Shown: positions 1 to 19,464, counted from the stretch's first letter. The stretch is DNA of 64,000 nt from Squalus acanthias (GCA_030390025.1 CM059432.1:94862001-94926000), one strand, 5' to 3'. Made by a program: numbers and translations. The notes: a model not told the origin generated them from the letters alone.

Positions 1-1795
1 CACCTTGGCATGGGCGGCAGCAGTCTGGGCTGGCTGGCTGAAGGGCAGCTGCAAGGGCAATGTCGGAGTGGCAGTGGTGGGAACACGAATGTTGTCATTA
101 TGAGAGAGGACAGCAGGTTCTTGCTCCACAGACCCACTACCACTTCCCCGGAGCGGCGCCTCAGCATTCCTAACAGTCTATTGGAGGACAGATGCTGGCC
201 TGCTGCAACACTCTGCAAGCCCTGTTCGAGATTGGTAAACCCAGCCATGATGGCAGCAGTCTGATCTTGCGTGGCAGCAAGCTGAGACTTCATGAGAGCA
301 GTCTGAGCTTACGCTGCAGCAATAAGACGTGGGGTTGCTTCCGCCTGTGCTGCAATGGCAGCCGTGACATCGCCCATCACATGCAGCAGCATGTCTGGAG
401 TTTTCCATCATTTCCAGCCTGGAAATCATTGGCTTCAAGCTCTGCGCAGAGCCCTGGCCAATGTTGGCGGTGTACTCCTCCATGCTCCTCGACATTGCCA
501 AGACGCGCTCTGGCAGGCTTGCCATTGCACCTAGCAATTCGGTGTGCATGCCCCTCACCCTTCTTAAGGCTGCCCCTTCGAGGTCCTCATCTGAGTCGTG
601 TGCAGCAGAACTCGCTCTCCAGGGAGCTGGCCCCTGAGCTACCCTATCCCCCTAGGCTTGCTGCAGCCCACTCCTGCCCAGTGCCTCCCCCTGTGCAGAT
701 CCCGCATCTACATTACCCTCAAAATTAAGTGCCGTGCCAGTTTTTGAGCTGGTGTCTGCGAGTGACAGATGCAGTGACGCTGCATTAGGAATGGGAAGGA
801 TTAGGAATGAGCATGCAGTTGTTGTCCCCAGGGGCTTTAACTTCGCCCATTGCCACGGCCTCGGTGACTTCCCGTCCAATGATGTTGAGCACTCTCTCCA
901 GCACTCAAGGCCTGTATTGCGGCTTGCTCCTCCCGCCTGTCTGCCGCTGTTCCCAGCGATTCTGCGCGACCTTAGCCTGCAAGAGAAAAGGAAGTGTGTG
1001 AGAGTGTGGTGTAATGTGCTTGGATGATGTGCCTGCCATAGCTAAATAGCTGTCGGTGTGTGCAAGGAATGAGTGTTGCAGCAGTGGTAAGGTTGTGAGG
1101 GTGAAGTGAAGCTATGATTGCGGTCTGAGTGGTGATGGGTAGAGATTGTTGGTAGGTAAGTGATGGGGGTGCGGTGCATTGAGCAGTGTGTGAGGCTTGT
1201 GCAGATGGTGGGAAATGACATTTCCTGAAGCCTTCACTCACCTTGACCACCTGTGTGAGGTCATTAAACTTCTTGTGGCATTGGATCAAGGACCTGGGGA
1301 CCACGCTGCTGGCTGTCACAATCAGATTTCTCCTGCCACAGCCTTGTTCACGTATGGGCCAATGACTTCCTACTGGCTTGTGGGAAGAGGACAGCCCACC
1401 TCCTCTCCACGGCCATCACCAGTGCCTCCAGAGCCGCATCTGAGAACCGTGTTGCTCTCTCCTTCTGCTGCCGCTTAGCCATCTCTTTCTAGTCAGTATT
1501 GCTTCCAAGTGGCGCTCCAAATGGAGTGATAATGAGGTGCTGTTGCGTCAAAGAACCTCCCCTTTAAGTAGTGGATAAAGCCTAGGCCAAACATGACTTG
1601 GAATTATACTGCACCCGATATTGGCCCACCTAAAGCCAATGAGCAGTGGTTTTAGCGTTGAGATCAGCACTATAATCATGTAAATGAGCACGGAGCGTGA
1701 ATTTTGGTGCTACCTAGACTACTTTGACCCGGCGCAGCTAAACAGCGCTGGGTTATGACACCACCCTTTTTCGGGCCATATCCAATTTGTAGGCC
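1..1795 (-). mobile_element. Decayed PIF/Harbinger element, Myb/SANT-gene half
   Basis: Colinear similarity to 10460-12364. Minus-strand peptide TASSVVPRSLIQCHKKFNDLTQVVK is followed by a GTGAGT donor. The terminus reads GGCCTACAAATTGGA on the - strand. Confidence 0.75.
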
Positions 1796-3233
1796 ATTGA
1801 ATTTATTCAACTCCTGGCTATGATTTTGCTTTAAGTAGTTCTGAAGTAGCTTTGCATAAACATTTGCACGGTCCCAGTGTAGAATTCCATTGTACCATTG
1901 TATCACTGCTTTACTCAAATGACATTGCAGTCTACTACTTATAATTTGAAGTTACTTAACTCAAATTCTATTCATTCAGTTTTTTTGAGCAAATAGCTCC
2001 TCTGCTGTTTGATTTTAAATTGCTTTGAATTATTGGATAATTAAAAAACATTGAAATAAAAATCTACTTTGAATTAACAGTATTGTATCCAGATAGTTCT
2101 AAATTAAACCAACTTTGTTTTAATACCCAAGCATAAAATGCTTACTAATTTTTCTTGTTTTGTTATTCAACCCATCTAGAATATTAGACTAAATAGTGTT
2201 TTAATTGTTTTTGGTTGAGTTGTGCAAGAATATGATGAGCAGCATTGCAACCATTTCAAACTGAATTTATACTCATTCTATAGAATTATGCATTTTTTTG
2301 TACTCCTCAAGGAAAGGGACATTATTTGCAAAGAATAGACCTTTTTCATTTCACGCACAGATGTAATCCAGTGTTTCCCTCAGGTCAGGTGTAGCATAAA
2401 TAGATGCAGAATAAAGCTGCCCCTACTCTGCCCCAACAGCATTGCTTAGAGTATCCCCGACAGCACCATTGTGCCAGTTTTCCATTTCCCAGATCAGCCG
2501 CCTTGTGGCTTCTGAGTTACGTTGCCAATGAATCCCACATTAATGCAATCTATGATGTGGGTCCGTGCCCAGTAGGTAATAGATTAAGACTGCTCAAACC
2601 GGTTTCAGATAGGGTCCTTACAGCTTACAGACCAAATAGACTTTCACTTTCATTGTGCCCCCAAATTTTTCCTACTGCCTTTTAAAGTTTCCTTTGCCTG
2701 TTTTAGATTCCTTATGCACACTATTTGCTAACTTGCAGAATATCTATCTACCTGTTTTGATAGCTAAACCAATTTTGCTGTACAGCTAACCCCTAGAATT
2801 TGTGCAAGAGCTGCTTTGGTTGTCTTGCCCTATGTTAAATCTATATGTTTAAAAAAAAACTGAAGTAGCATGGCTATACTGTGCTGTATGTTGGTGAATC
2901 GATTACGTTGAACTCCATGAGTGTTCCATGCGTAGCTGTTTCTTGACTGCTAACTTTTTCTGAAGATTCACTAGTATGACACATTTTATCAAGTCCCAAC
3001 TGGTTCTAGATTAAAGTGCTACATTAACCAGTTGCGTACCACATAATTCTAATGTAAGTAACGATACAATGAAAAACCACAAATACATAACTGGGTATAG
3101 TATGATTCTTATGAGGGTTATTGTACCAAACAAGATACTGATATTTTTTGTGAAGTAGAAGTTTGACCAATCCATCGCTACATCCGGGAGGTCACAGAGG
3201 CTCTGTATGCTAGGAAAGGGGTCTTCATTATCT

Positions 3234-3649
3234 TCAGAAGGTTGTGCGTTCAACTCCCACTCCAGGGACTTGAGCACATAAAGCTAGGCTGACACTCCAG
3301 CGCAGTGGTGAGGGAGTACTGCACTGTTGGAGGTGCCGTCTTTCGGATGAGAAGTTAAACCGAGGCCCCGTCTGCTCTCTCAGGTGGACGTAAAAGATCC
3401 CATGGCACTATTTCGAAGAAGAGTAGGGGAGTTATCCCCGGGGTCCTGGCCAATATTTATCCCTCAATCAACATAACAAAAACTGATTATCTGGTCATTA
3501 TCACATTGCTGTTTGTGGGAGCTTGCTGTGTGCAAATTGACTGCCGCGTTTGCCACATTACAACAGTGACTCCACTTCAAAAGTACTTCATTGACTGTAA
3601 AGCGCTTTGAGACGTCCGGTGGTCGTGAAAGGTGCTATATAAATGTAAG

Positions 3650-3650
<1 letters not shown>
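3234..3650 (+). mobile_element. tRNA-derived Deu-domain SINE (SacSINE1/AmnSINE1-like)
   Basis: Core ggaggtgccgtctttcggatgaga...aaagatcccatggcactatttcgaagaagag and tail aaggtgctatataaatgtaagtct; several related copies in the window. Confidence 0.8.
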
Positions 3651-9604
<5,954 letters not shown>

Positions 9605-9606
<2 letters not shown>

Positions 9607-10015
9607 GTACCATAACCGCAAAGGGTACTACTGACTTAAGGTGCAGTTGGTGTGCAACCACGCCCAGCACATCATGCTGGTGAATACCTGCTATCCTGGC
9701 AGCATTCATGATGCGTTCATCCTGTGCCAGTCTGCCGTGCCAGCAATCTTCCAACCACCGTGTTGAACCTGAGGGTGGCTGCTCAGCGACAAGAGCTATC
9801 CGCTCTGTACCCGGCTGATGACTTCCCTCTGCAACCCTACCACTCGTGGCCACACTGCCATGAGGAACGTCATCGAGCAGACCATCTGTGTGCTGAAGCA
9901 ACGGTTCCGCTGCCTTCACCGCTTGGGAGGAGTCCTCCAGTACTCGCTGCAACAGGTGTCCCAATTCGTGGTGCTTTGCTGCATCCTCCGTAACTTGGCC
10001 ATCATGAGGGCGTAG
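9605..10015 (+). pseudogene. PIF/Harbinger (HARBI1-like, DDE_Tnp_4) transposase C-terminal fragment with in-frame stops
   Basis: A single frame reads [16 protein letters not shown]...[11 protein letters not shown]...[11 protein letters not shown]...[16 protein letters not shown]...GGVLQY...CCILRNLA, which are typical Harbinger transposase motifs. Confidence 0.88.
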
Positions 10016-10289
10016 CCCTTGCCACCATGGGTTCCACAACCACCTTCGAAGGAAGAGGAAGGGAGGAGGAAGCCTTGCGCATCCACGTTCTGGACGGGCT
10101 GTCCGTGAGCACATCAGAATGAAACCCAGATCCCCGTTGTTCAAAACGTCCCCACCTTACCATCCCTCTGTCATAAAACATCACAGCTTCCTCTTGGCCA
10201 CAATGCTGAAATGAAAGGCACCACAAAACAAACATTCCAAACCAAATCAATCAATCAATCCAGTATTACGTAACAAAGTCAACTAATTG

Positions 10290-12364
10290 CCCTTGTGATT
10301 CCCCTTAGTGCCTGTCTAAGTGCTCCTCTGAACTGCTACCCCAGTGACTGCAGCATGGCTGGCGGAAGGCTGCTGACTTTCAGTGGGCGAGACTGCAGAT
10401 GGTCTTGCAGGACGACCTTGAGCAGCTCTGAGCCTGGAAGGCCCGGCTGCAGACTACACCACCTTGGCATAGGTAACAGCAGTCTGGGCTGGCTAGCTGA
10501 TGGATAACAGCAAGGACACTGGTGGAGTGGCAGTGGTGGGAGGGCGAATGCTCTCTTCCTGAGCAAGGACAGCAGTTTCATGCTCTACGGCGCCACTGCC
10601 ACTCCCCCGGGGCGACGCCTCAGCAATCCTAGTAATTTGTTGGAGGAAAGATTGCTGGACTGTTGTGGCATCCTGCAAGCCCCTTTCCGCACTCGTAAAC
10701 CCAGCCACGATGGCAGCAGTCTGAGTTTACGTGGGAGCAGTCTGAGTTTGCATGAAAGCAGTCTGAGCTTCCGCTGCAGCTCTCAGACGTTAGGTTGCTT
10801 CCGCTTGTGCTACAATGAAAGCTGAGACATTGGCCATCAGAACCTTCATCATGGTTGGGTTCACAAGTGTGATAATGGAGTTGCCCATCACTTCTACCCT
10901 GGAAATCATGGGCTCCAAGCTCTACGCAAAGCTGGTGTTGGACTCCTCCATGCTCTTTGACAGTGATAACAGGCTCGCCATTGCACCAAGCATTTCTGTG
11001 TGCATGCCCTTCAGCCTTCTTCTGTAGCCGCCCTATCGAAGTCCTCATCTGGGGAGCTGGCACCTGCACTACCCTTCCCCCTGCCTTGGCTGCAAGCCAC
11101 TCGTGCCCAATGACTCACCACGTGCAGATCCTGCCTCTATACTAACCTTTAAAGTATGCGCAGTCTCAGTATCTGAGCTGGTGCTTGAGCGTTTGAGATC
11201 GAGTGATGGTGTCTTCTCTTCTCCATCACTCTCCTCTTGCTCTTCCTGCACTGGCTGGCCAGGTTGGAGTTCTTGGGTATCTGAAAGGAGAAAGGCACAA
11301 GGATAGGGTTGTGGTGAGGGGAGGGGGGAGAAAGTAAGATGTGCATGCTTACATCATCAGCAGCTTGAAAGTGAGAAGAGATTGTAGAATGTGAGAAGGA
11401 GGATTAGGTGTGAGCATACCTTCCTCTTCAACGGTTTCAGACTTGCCACGGCCTCCATGACTGCTCCTCCACCTAGGTGAGGATATGCAGGCTTGCCCCT
11501 CCCCCGCTGGTTAGCTGCTGCTGCCTGCGGTTATGAGCAATGTTGCCCTGCAAAAGAGAGGGAAATGTCTGAGTGTGGTGCAATGTGTTTGGGTATTGTG
11601 CACGTCATGGTTGAATAGCTGGCAGTGTGTGCAAGGTGTGAGATGTGGGTGAGGCTTGCAGCAGTGGTAAGTGTGTGAGAGTAAGGTGAAGCTATGAATG
11701 TGAGGTATGAGTTGTGATTGATAGAGATTGTTGGGGTGCGGTGCATTGAGCAGTGTGAGGGGCTAGTGTGGCAGTTTGTGGGAGACAGCATTTGAAGATG
11801 CATTCACTGACCTTGAACCACTCGTGTGAGGTCATAAAATTTCTTTTGGCACTGCATCCAGGTCCTGGGGACAACACTGCTGGCATTGACCGCGTCGACT
11901 ATCTGCTCCTACTGCCTTTGCAGTGTGTGTCTGAAGGGCCTCCTGGCCCCCTGCGGATAGAAGACCTGTCTCCTCCTTTCCAACTCCTGCACTAAGGCCT
12001 CTAGTGCTACGTCCGAGAACCTTGGAGCCCCTTCTCTGGCCTGTTGAGTCAATATTCAGTCACACATGCCTCCACAACCAATTCCAGCAGTTGTTGCAAG
12101 CAGAATGCCCCTCACCTTTGTGGTGCAGACTGCCTTTAAGAATTGGAGGCTAGCTTTAATTGGAGCTAGCCTCTCACAAACTTGGACTCTTGTTGAGTGT
12201 TCAGCTGCTCAGCAGTGCATTCAGTGCTGGGCTGAACGCTGCAATCATTGCAATTAGCATGCAGCACAAAGGTTGTGTGCTGCTTGCATTCTTTTCAATG
12301 GGCACAGGCCGATCGCTCATCACGATCTTTGTGCCTGTTTTCGTGTCCAATCCAATATTTAGCC
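10290..12364 (-). mobile_element. Harbinger Myb/SANT DNA-binding gene remnant (spliced, convergent with the transposase) plus terminal repeat
   Basis: 12040-11812 translates AREGAPRFSDVALEALVQELERRRQVFYPQGARRPFRHTLQRQ*EQIVDAVNASSVVPRTWMQCQKKFYDLTRVVQ, followed by a GTCAGT donor. Further acceptors at ~11549 and ~11281. Terminus GGCTAAATATTGGA at 12364. Confidence 0.8.
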
Positions 12365-12519
12365 TGCAAACTTCAATGAGAAACTATGCTTAAAATACTG
12401 TTATGTTGGATCCTTTCAGGTTGTGGATTTGGGAATTTTTGTTGAAAATCAAATTTTCATCTCTAGTTTTTATTTGGGATTTATTAGTGGAGGTGACGCT
12501 GGAGACCTTTTTCATTGAT

Positions 12520-12925
12520 GCCAGCTTGGCTCAGTTGGTAGTACTCACTCCTCCGTGTCAGAAACTTGTGGGTTTCAGTGGCTCCTCTCAGGGTTTGACT
12601 TCATAATCTAGACCTGATACTCCAGTGCAGAAGAAGAGATGCCATCTGCATTGTTGGAGGTTGCAATACTTTGAGTGATAAATTTAATCAAAATCTCACC
12701 ACCCGGCGAATGTTGAAGATCCCATGGCACTATTCGAGGAAGGACCGAAGTTCTCCCTGTGTCTTGGCAAATCTCACTGTCAAGCAAGACCACAAAAAAA
12801 AAGTTAACTGGTCATTTGCCTTATTGCTGTTTGTAGGACGTTCCTGGCACAGAGTAACTATTGCATTTGGTTATTTAACAGTTACTGTACATCAAAAGTG
12901 ATTAATTATGTGAACTACTTTCAAA
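12520..12925 (+). mobile_element. Decayed Deu-domain SINE copy with tRNA-like head
   Basis: ggctcagttggta head and aagatcccatggcactattcgagga core, similar to 3234-3650. Confidence 0.7.
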
Positions 12926-12928
12926 TAC

Positions 12929-13148
12929 AAAAGCAAAATACTGTGGATGCTCGAAATCTGAAATAAAAACAAAATGCTGGAAATACTCAGCAGGTCAGGC
13001 AGCATCTGTGGAGAGAGAAACCATTGACGTTTCATGTCGGTTACCTTTCGTCAGAAAGTTCTGATGAAAGGTCATCGATCAGAAATGTTAACTGTTTCTC
13101 TCTCCACAGCTGCTACCTGACCTGCTGAGTATTTCCAGCAATTGCTTT
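12929..13148. mobile_element. Penelope-like inverted (palindromic) pLTR remnant with decayed hammerhead motif
   Basis: Arms tgctggaaatactcagcaggtcaggcagcatctgtggagagagaaac (12975-13021) and its near reverse complement (13094-13140). Centre contains agtt-CTGATGA-...-GAAAtgtt-aact. Confidence 0.7.
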
Positions 13149-13397
13149 CAAGTGTTTATTTTAAAGCATATTGATGATTTTAAGGTAGCCAAATATGACT
13201 CTCCAAAAATGGATTTAATGGAGCTATTATTTCTCAATAGTTTGTTTACTGTTCCATATAGAACTTCATTTTTCATAATGGAATTTGACTTAAAGCTGCT
13301 TTCAAGTTGGAAATGTTATTTTAGAGTTGGGACAGAACAGCGTTTATGAACTTAAATGATGACAGAAAATGAATTTTTTATTGTGTTAAACTTGCAG

Positions 13398-13505
13398 GTG
13401 AATGGTCAGTGTGCAGGACACACTGCAATGCAGGCAGCCAGCCAGAATGGACACGTGGATGTTCTGAAACTTCTTCTCAAACACAGTGTTGACTTAGAAG
13501 CTGAG
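13398..13505 (+). CDS. MIB1: MIB1 coding exon (ankyrin repeats; probably equivalent to human exon 10), 108 nt
   Basis: Acceptor ttgcag and donor GAG|gtagg. Translates [36 protein letters not shown], recognisable as vertebrate Mind bomb 1. Phase 0/0, in frame with the next exon. Confidence 0.96.
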
Positions 13506-13571
13506 GTAGGTTCTTTGGAATCTTTAAATGGTTGGCATTTATACAAAATGATTTGTTCATATTGTGTTTGA

Positions 13572-13775
13572 TGTAATAAAGACTCACTACGCACTTGGTT
13601 GAACATAAAGCAAGGCTTTAATTGACTTGTAACAAAACATGGAGGTCTAGTTAGCAGTCACTAGCTTCCTGTTTCCAGATTGTCTCTGGCCAAGGTGGGC
13701 CCACGCCCGAGTATTTATACTCCCTGGGCGGCGCCCCAGCTGGCCGCCCAGTAGTACTTCCTGAGTTACTTCTTG
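13572..13775 (-). mobile_element. Possible partial solo LTR
   Basis: TGT terminus; minus-strand TATAAATA and ATTAAA in LTR-like order; GC-richer than the flanks. No second terminus or TSD seen. Confidence 0.3.
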
Positions 13776-15731
13776 TAGAAGTTGTGATTTATGGCAGTGT
13801 TGTATTAAGCCCTAAACTTATTAGCTGCCACATTGAACTGCTGCGTGGTGCTACAGGAGGGAATAACGGCCCCTTGGTTTAAAAATTAGACATGAGCACA
13901 AAAGAATAGTGGTTGGCTGTATAAATGTCTCAAGTCAACAGGAGTCGAGAAGCAGTTGCTACTGAGTGGAGATTTTTGTACTGATTAGAAGAGTGTGGAT
14001 GGGAGCAGCAAGAAGTGGTAATGTGATAGTAAGGCTGGACTAATAGGAATATGTCAGAAAATATTGCAGTTTGGCTTGATTTAGATACCTATTTTTCTAA
14101 TTTGGGTATTTTTGGTTTGTATCTTAGTGTTATTTTGCACCTTGAACAGTAGTTCAAGACTTGGTTCTTTCCTTAGATGTCCAAAGAGTCCAGCAATCCT
14201 TCTTTGGCACAGAACTTCAGTGGTACATCTTTGGTGAATTTCTTAGTCAAGGGACTTATTGTCACTATGTTCAGACCTTCAAGTCAGCATATTATCTCTG
14301 GCATATTCTGTTTCATTGTCGAACAATGAAAAGTTGATTTATTAACTGTGACAAGGGAGAGTTCTGCATTTTATGCTGTAGAGTTTGAAATAACTAGATG
14401 TAAAATGGAAGCTGTCTTCCCCTAGCCCAATTTCAGATTGGAGGCTGGAGATGGATAGTCTGTGGGACCAGGCCAGATTATTGGATCTATATATTAGTCA
14501 GGATACGGAGGCTTGCTTTGGGTTTGTACTTAATCAAAACATAAGCAGGCCCTGGGTAAAGAAACATTGTGTGAATGAATACCTGCTCACCATTAATTCT
14601 CTGCAATTTTCCACTCCATTGTTTTGTCCATTCTGCCCCTTGTGGATTTTATTCCATAATACACTGGAGACTTCTCACTATCTTCAGTTCTGAAGTCTGT
14701 GGATTGGTCATTCACATCATCCTCATACAACTATTCATTGTGCAAGTCTATGGAAGATGTCTGTCTTCCAAAAGTCTGGTCACTTCTCAAGCTGTGTATG
14801 AAATATGTTCTGAAAAAGGTATTTTAACTCCTTGTTATCTGTTACTTTAATTTAAATAGTGTACATTTAAGTAAGTTCATATATCTGTCTTAAGTAAATC
14901 CAGATATTAATTTTGGCCTATCTACCACTCTCACATTGTTGTGCTTTTCACCTTTTGAAGAATATCATGGGCAAACCACATAATTTCCAATGGCCATATC
15001 ACAATAAAAGAAATAAAAGAGTAATTGTGTTAATCCTGGGTGCACTCAAACAGCAAGCATGAAATTACATGTTTTAGTTCATAAGAGACTTGGGCTGCCT
15101 TTTTGCGGTGAACATAAACAAGTGTTGGGAGAAAGCTCAAATGGTAACATTTGGTAGCAGCTATGGTGAGATTAATATCACTAACAAACCAAACAGGTGG
15201 TTTACATTTTTCAGTAAATCATCAGAAGCAATTACTGTGAGCACATGTTCAGAAATCTATTCTGTAGTGGGGAAACTGGAAGCCAAAACAAAACTGGAGC
15301 TGGCTAAGCAGCAAGATGAAAAGCATTCCAGCAGGAGCAGGGAAGGAATGATAAAGTCAGTGCTAAAATTAGAGGCTGAAAAAGAACTCTTTGCTGGAAA
15401 GTGCAAATTGAAGAAAAGCACCGACAATGCCAGTATAAAGCGGCGAGAGCGGGACCCGAGGGTATAAAGCGGCAAGAGTGGGACCCAGACAAGTACATGA
15501 AAAAATAACATTAAAATCGGCACAGAGCGAGAGGAGCAGTGGAACCGGAGAAATTTCAGATAAATTTAAGTATCTAATTTACTTTACACAATCTCTAATT
15601 TAACTATAAACCAATCTATCCAATTTAAATAATAAATTAAATAAGTAAACAAAAAAAGACATTAATTACAAATTAATCTGAAATCAAAAATCCATCTACT
15701 AAATATAATCTAGATCTCAGGTAATTCTATT

Positions 15732-16488
15732 GGTGCAGAAATTCTGATCCCAACGGGTGTGTACGTGCTGTGTACTCACCCGTAGGGACATCGGAATGCC
15801 GGTTTCAGGCATGCACAGCGCATGCGCTGGAAACCGGCATTTCCGATCTGTCAAGAAAGCTCTTGACAGATCATCCGCCTGCCCGGGAGCAGGGCCTCTG
15901 CGGGGGGGAGAGTTCTGTTTTTTGGAGACCCTCCGCCCGCAGAAAACACTTACAATTCTTGCGCCTGGTAAAAGAAGGCGTAAGGCCTGCTTTTACCAGG
16001 ATGAGTTGAAAAAAAGTTTAAAAAAAGAAAAATTTCCACTGATTTATCATTTAAAAATACTTTAAAGAAAGGTAAGTTTATTTTTAGCCCCGTTAAAAAC
16101 TTTAATTTTTTTCAAAAAATAAAATTTTTGTTTAAAATACTTAATTTATTGTAATTTAAAGTCATTTTAAAATTGTGATGGTTTTTTAAAAAATTTATTT
16201 AAAGTTTTACTATGTTTTGGGGGTGATCTCTTCATATATTTGACAGGTCTTCCTGTCAAATGTATGAAGGGAGATTCCCTTCTCTGATTGGCTCCCCATG
16301 GCCCACGTGATCCCAGGGACGCTGTGAACCGCCTGCGCCTCTGGGATACGTGGGCCCTGCACACCGGCAGTTTGGAGAGGCCCAGCAGTGGAACTCTGCG
16401 CCTCCCGGGAGCCCTCCGGTCGAGGCGCAGATTTTTCCAGATCACAGCCCTCCGCCCGCGGGAGGCCTGTGGTCAGAATTTCTGGGCC
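15732..16488. mobile_element. Harbinger-type MITE
   Basis: TIRs GGTGCAGAAATTCTGA / TCAGAATTTCTGGGCC with a 3-bp TSD ATT on both sides. Confidence 0.8.
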
Positions 16489-17128
16489 ATTAAATTATTA
16501 ATAAATTATGGAGGAGCAGGGTAAATTGGACAGCAGCTTTGTGATTTGCGCGTTTAACAGCATGTACGGATGCCAGAAGTTGCTGTCCGATTTACTCAAT
16601 AACGGTGAGCGCTGATGGGCTTACCGTTATTCTTACTGCAAAATCCGAGTGAAGGTCTTTAGAAAGGATAGAGAAACTGGAAGAGCAGGAGGGGTAGCCT
16701 TACTGATTAAAGATACTATTACAATATTAGTAAGTGTGGATATAGGTAAGAGAAGGCAATCAGTGGAGACTCTATGGTTAGAATTGAGGAATAAGCGAGG
16801 ACTTAAAACTGTAATGGAAGTTGTCTACAGGCGTCTTGATAGCAGCAATGAAATGGCAAAATGTATTAATTCAGAGCTTAGAGAGACTTGTAGCAAAAGC
16901 AGAGTTGTTTTCATGGGAGACTTTTATTTTCATACAAATTGGGAAGAGCAGAGTACCTCCAGTCAGAAAGGTAGTAAATTTCTTGTGTGCATTCAAGATA
17001 GTTTTCTGGAGCAATACTTTCTAGAACCAAGAAGACGGCAGGCCATACTAGATTTAGTAATGACTAATGAGCCAGACTTGTTAATAATCTTAACAGTAAA
17101 GGAACATTTATCTAACAGTGATCATAAT

Positions 17129-17246
17129 CAATGTGGCCACTCGTCGATCGCGAGGTCCCGCACAGGCCACTTACCAGCTGTTCAGCTGGAAGAGATACAA
17201 ATTTAAAGGGCCCGTGCAGGGAGAAAAAAAATTAGAGGGAACATTG
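17129..17246. mobile_element. Short hAT-type MITE
   Basis: Ends CAATGT...ACATTG with the exact 8-bp TSD atcataat (17121-17128, 17247-17254), interrupting the CR1 SDHN motif region. Confidence 0.75.
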
Positions 17247-17451
17247 ATCATAATATGATCGAATTCACTGTTGAGTTTGAGAAGGATAAACTTAACACAG
17301 TTACTAAGATTCTAGATTTTGGTTATGCTAATTTTAACAGGGTGAGACAGAGATTGAAGACAGCAAACTGGTCAAAACAGTTATTGAGTAAAACTACAGA
17401 TCAACAGTCAGAGGTGTTGAAAAAATAATTTAGCTTAATACAGTACCTGTA

Positions 17452-19271
17452 TAAGAACATAAGAACATAAGAACATAAGAAATAGGAGCAGGAGTAGGCC
17501 AATCGGCCCCTCGAGCCTGCTCCGCCATTCAATAAGATCATGGCTGATCTGATCCTAACCGCCAATCTACTATCTATCACAGAACCATCTCCTGCATCTA
17601 ACAGAATTGCACACACGAAATAGGAGCAGAATCAGGCTACACAGTCCCTGGGCCCGCTCCACTACCCACAGGGCCATGACCGATCCGAACCTAGACTCAT
17701 GTCCAAATTCCTGCCCGCTCCCCGTAACCCTTAATGCCCTTTACTTCTAGGAAACTGTCTATTTCTGTTTTAAATTTAATTAATGTTGTAGCTTCTACAG
17801 CTTTTTGTGGCAGCATATTCCATGGACCTACCACCCTCTGAGTGAAGTAGTTCCTCCTCATCTCAGTTTTGAAAGAGCAGCCCCTTATTCTAAGACTATG
17901 CCCCCTAGTTCTCGTCTCACCCGTCATCGGGAACATCCTCCCCGCATCCACCCGATCCAACCCCTTCACAATCTTATATGTTTCAATAAGATCGCCTCTC
18001 ATTCTTCTGAACTCCAATGAGTAGAGTCCCAATCTACCCAACCTCTCCTCATATGACCACCCCCTCATCCCCGGGATTAACCGAATGAACCTTTTTTGCA
18101 CTGCCTCGAGAGCAAGGATGTCTTTCCTTAAGTAAGGACACCAAAACTGTATGCAGTATTCCAGGTGCGGTCTCACCAATACCTTGTACAACTGAAGCAA
18201 TACCTCCCTATTTTTATATTCTATCCCCCTAGCAATGAAAGCCAACATTCCATTTGCCTTCTTAATCACTTGCTGCACCTGCATACTAACCTTTTGAGTT
18301 TCGTGCACCAGGACCCCCAGATCCCTTTGCACTTCAGTACTCTCCAGTTTCTTGCCATTAAGATAATAAATTGCTCTAGGATTTTTCCTGCCAAAGTGCA
18401 TCACCTCACACTTTCCAGTGTTGTATTCCATCTGCCAAATCTCTGCCCACTTACTTAGCCTGTCTATGTCCCCTTGCAGGTTTTTTATGTCCTCCTCATT
18501 CACTACTTTCCCTCCCATCTTTGTATCATCTGCAAATTTTGATATGTTACACTTGGTCCCTTCCTCCAAATCGTTAATATAGATTGTGAAGAGTTGGGGA
18601 CCCAGCACTGACCCCTGTGGAACACCACTAGTTACTGATTGCCAGTCTGAGAATGAACCATTTATCCCAACTCTTTGCTTTCTGTTAGATAGCCAATCCT
18701 CTATCCATGCCAGAATATTACCCCCAATTCCGTGATTTTTTACCTTAAGCAATAATCTTTTGTGTGGCACCTTGTCAAATGCCTTTTGGAAGTCTAAATA
18801 CACTACGTCCACTGGTTCCCCTTTATCCACTCTATATGTTACTTCCTCAAAGAACTCCAGCAAATTTGTCAAACATGACTTCCCCTTCGTAAAACCATGC
18901 TGACTTTGTCCTATTAAATTATGATTATCCAAATGTCCTGTTACTGTTTCCTTAATAATGGACTCCAAAATTTTACCTACCACAGATGTTAGGCTAACCG
19001 GTCTATAGTTACCAGCCTTCTGTCTACTGCCCTTTTTAAATAAGGGTGTTACATTAGCAGTTTTCCAGTCTGCCGGGACCTTAGCGGAATCCAGGGAGTT
19101 TTGAAAAATTATTACCAATGCATCTACAATCCCTACCGCCACTTCCTTCAAGACTCTAGGATGTAAGCCATCAGGTCCAGGTGATTTATCCGCCTTGAGT
19201 CCCATTATTTTACCGAGTACCACTTCCTTAGTGATTTTGATCGTGTTTAGCTCCTCTCCCCCTTATAGCCT
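17452..19271 (-). mobile_element. Young 5'-truncated CR1 LINE with uninterrupted RT reading frame (17697-19223, 508 aa)
   Basis: Motifs KSPGPDG, NYRPVSLTSVVGK, DFQKAFDKVPH, SGVPQGSVLGP, KFADDTK. 3' tail of tandem (aagaacat)n on the + strand. Confidence 0.95.
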
Positions 19272-19464
19272 TAAGGGGCAAGAGCTCTACTTAGCAAGTA
19301 AAACAGCCATGGTCGGCAAAAGAGGTGAGAGGTAACATAAAACGAAAAGAAAAAACATACAAAAGTGTAAGGAATAGTGAAGATCCACAGGACTGGGAAA
19401 GTTGTAAAGAACAGCAAAGGAAGAGAGAAAAGATGGTATGAGCTGCAAAAAGGGGAGTTTTGTT

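Noticed and set aside
13356..13571. ORF-track single-exon 71-aa protein (and the 60-aa ORF at 30716-30898)
   Set aside because: These are intron read-through around MIB1 exons; the true limits are set by splice sites.
17697..19223. 508-aa ORF as a host gene or retron-like reverse transcriptase
   Set aside because: It is a 5'-truncated CR1 ORF2 with a LINE 3' tail and related copies in the window.
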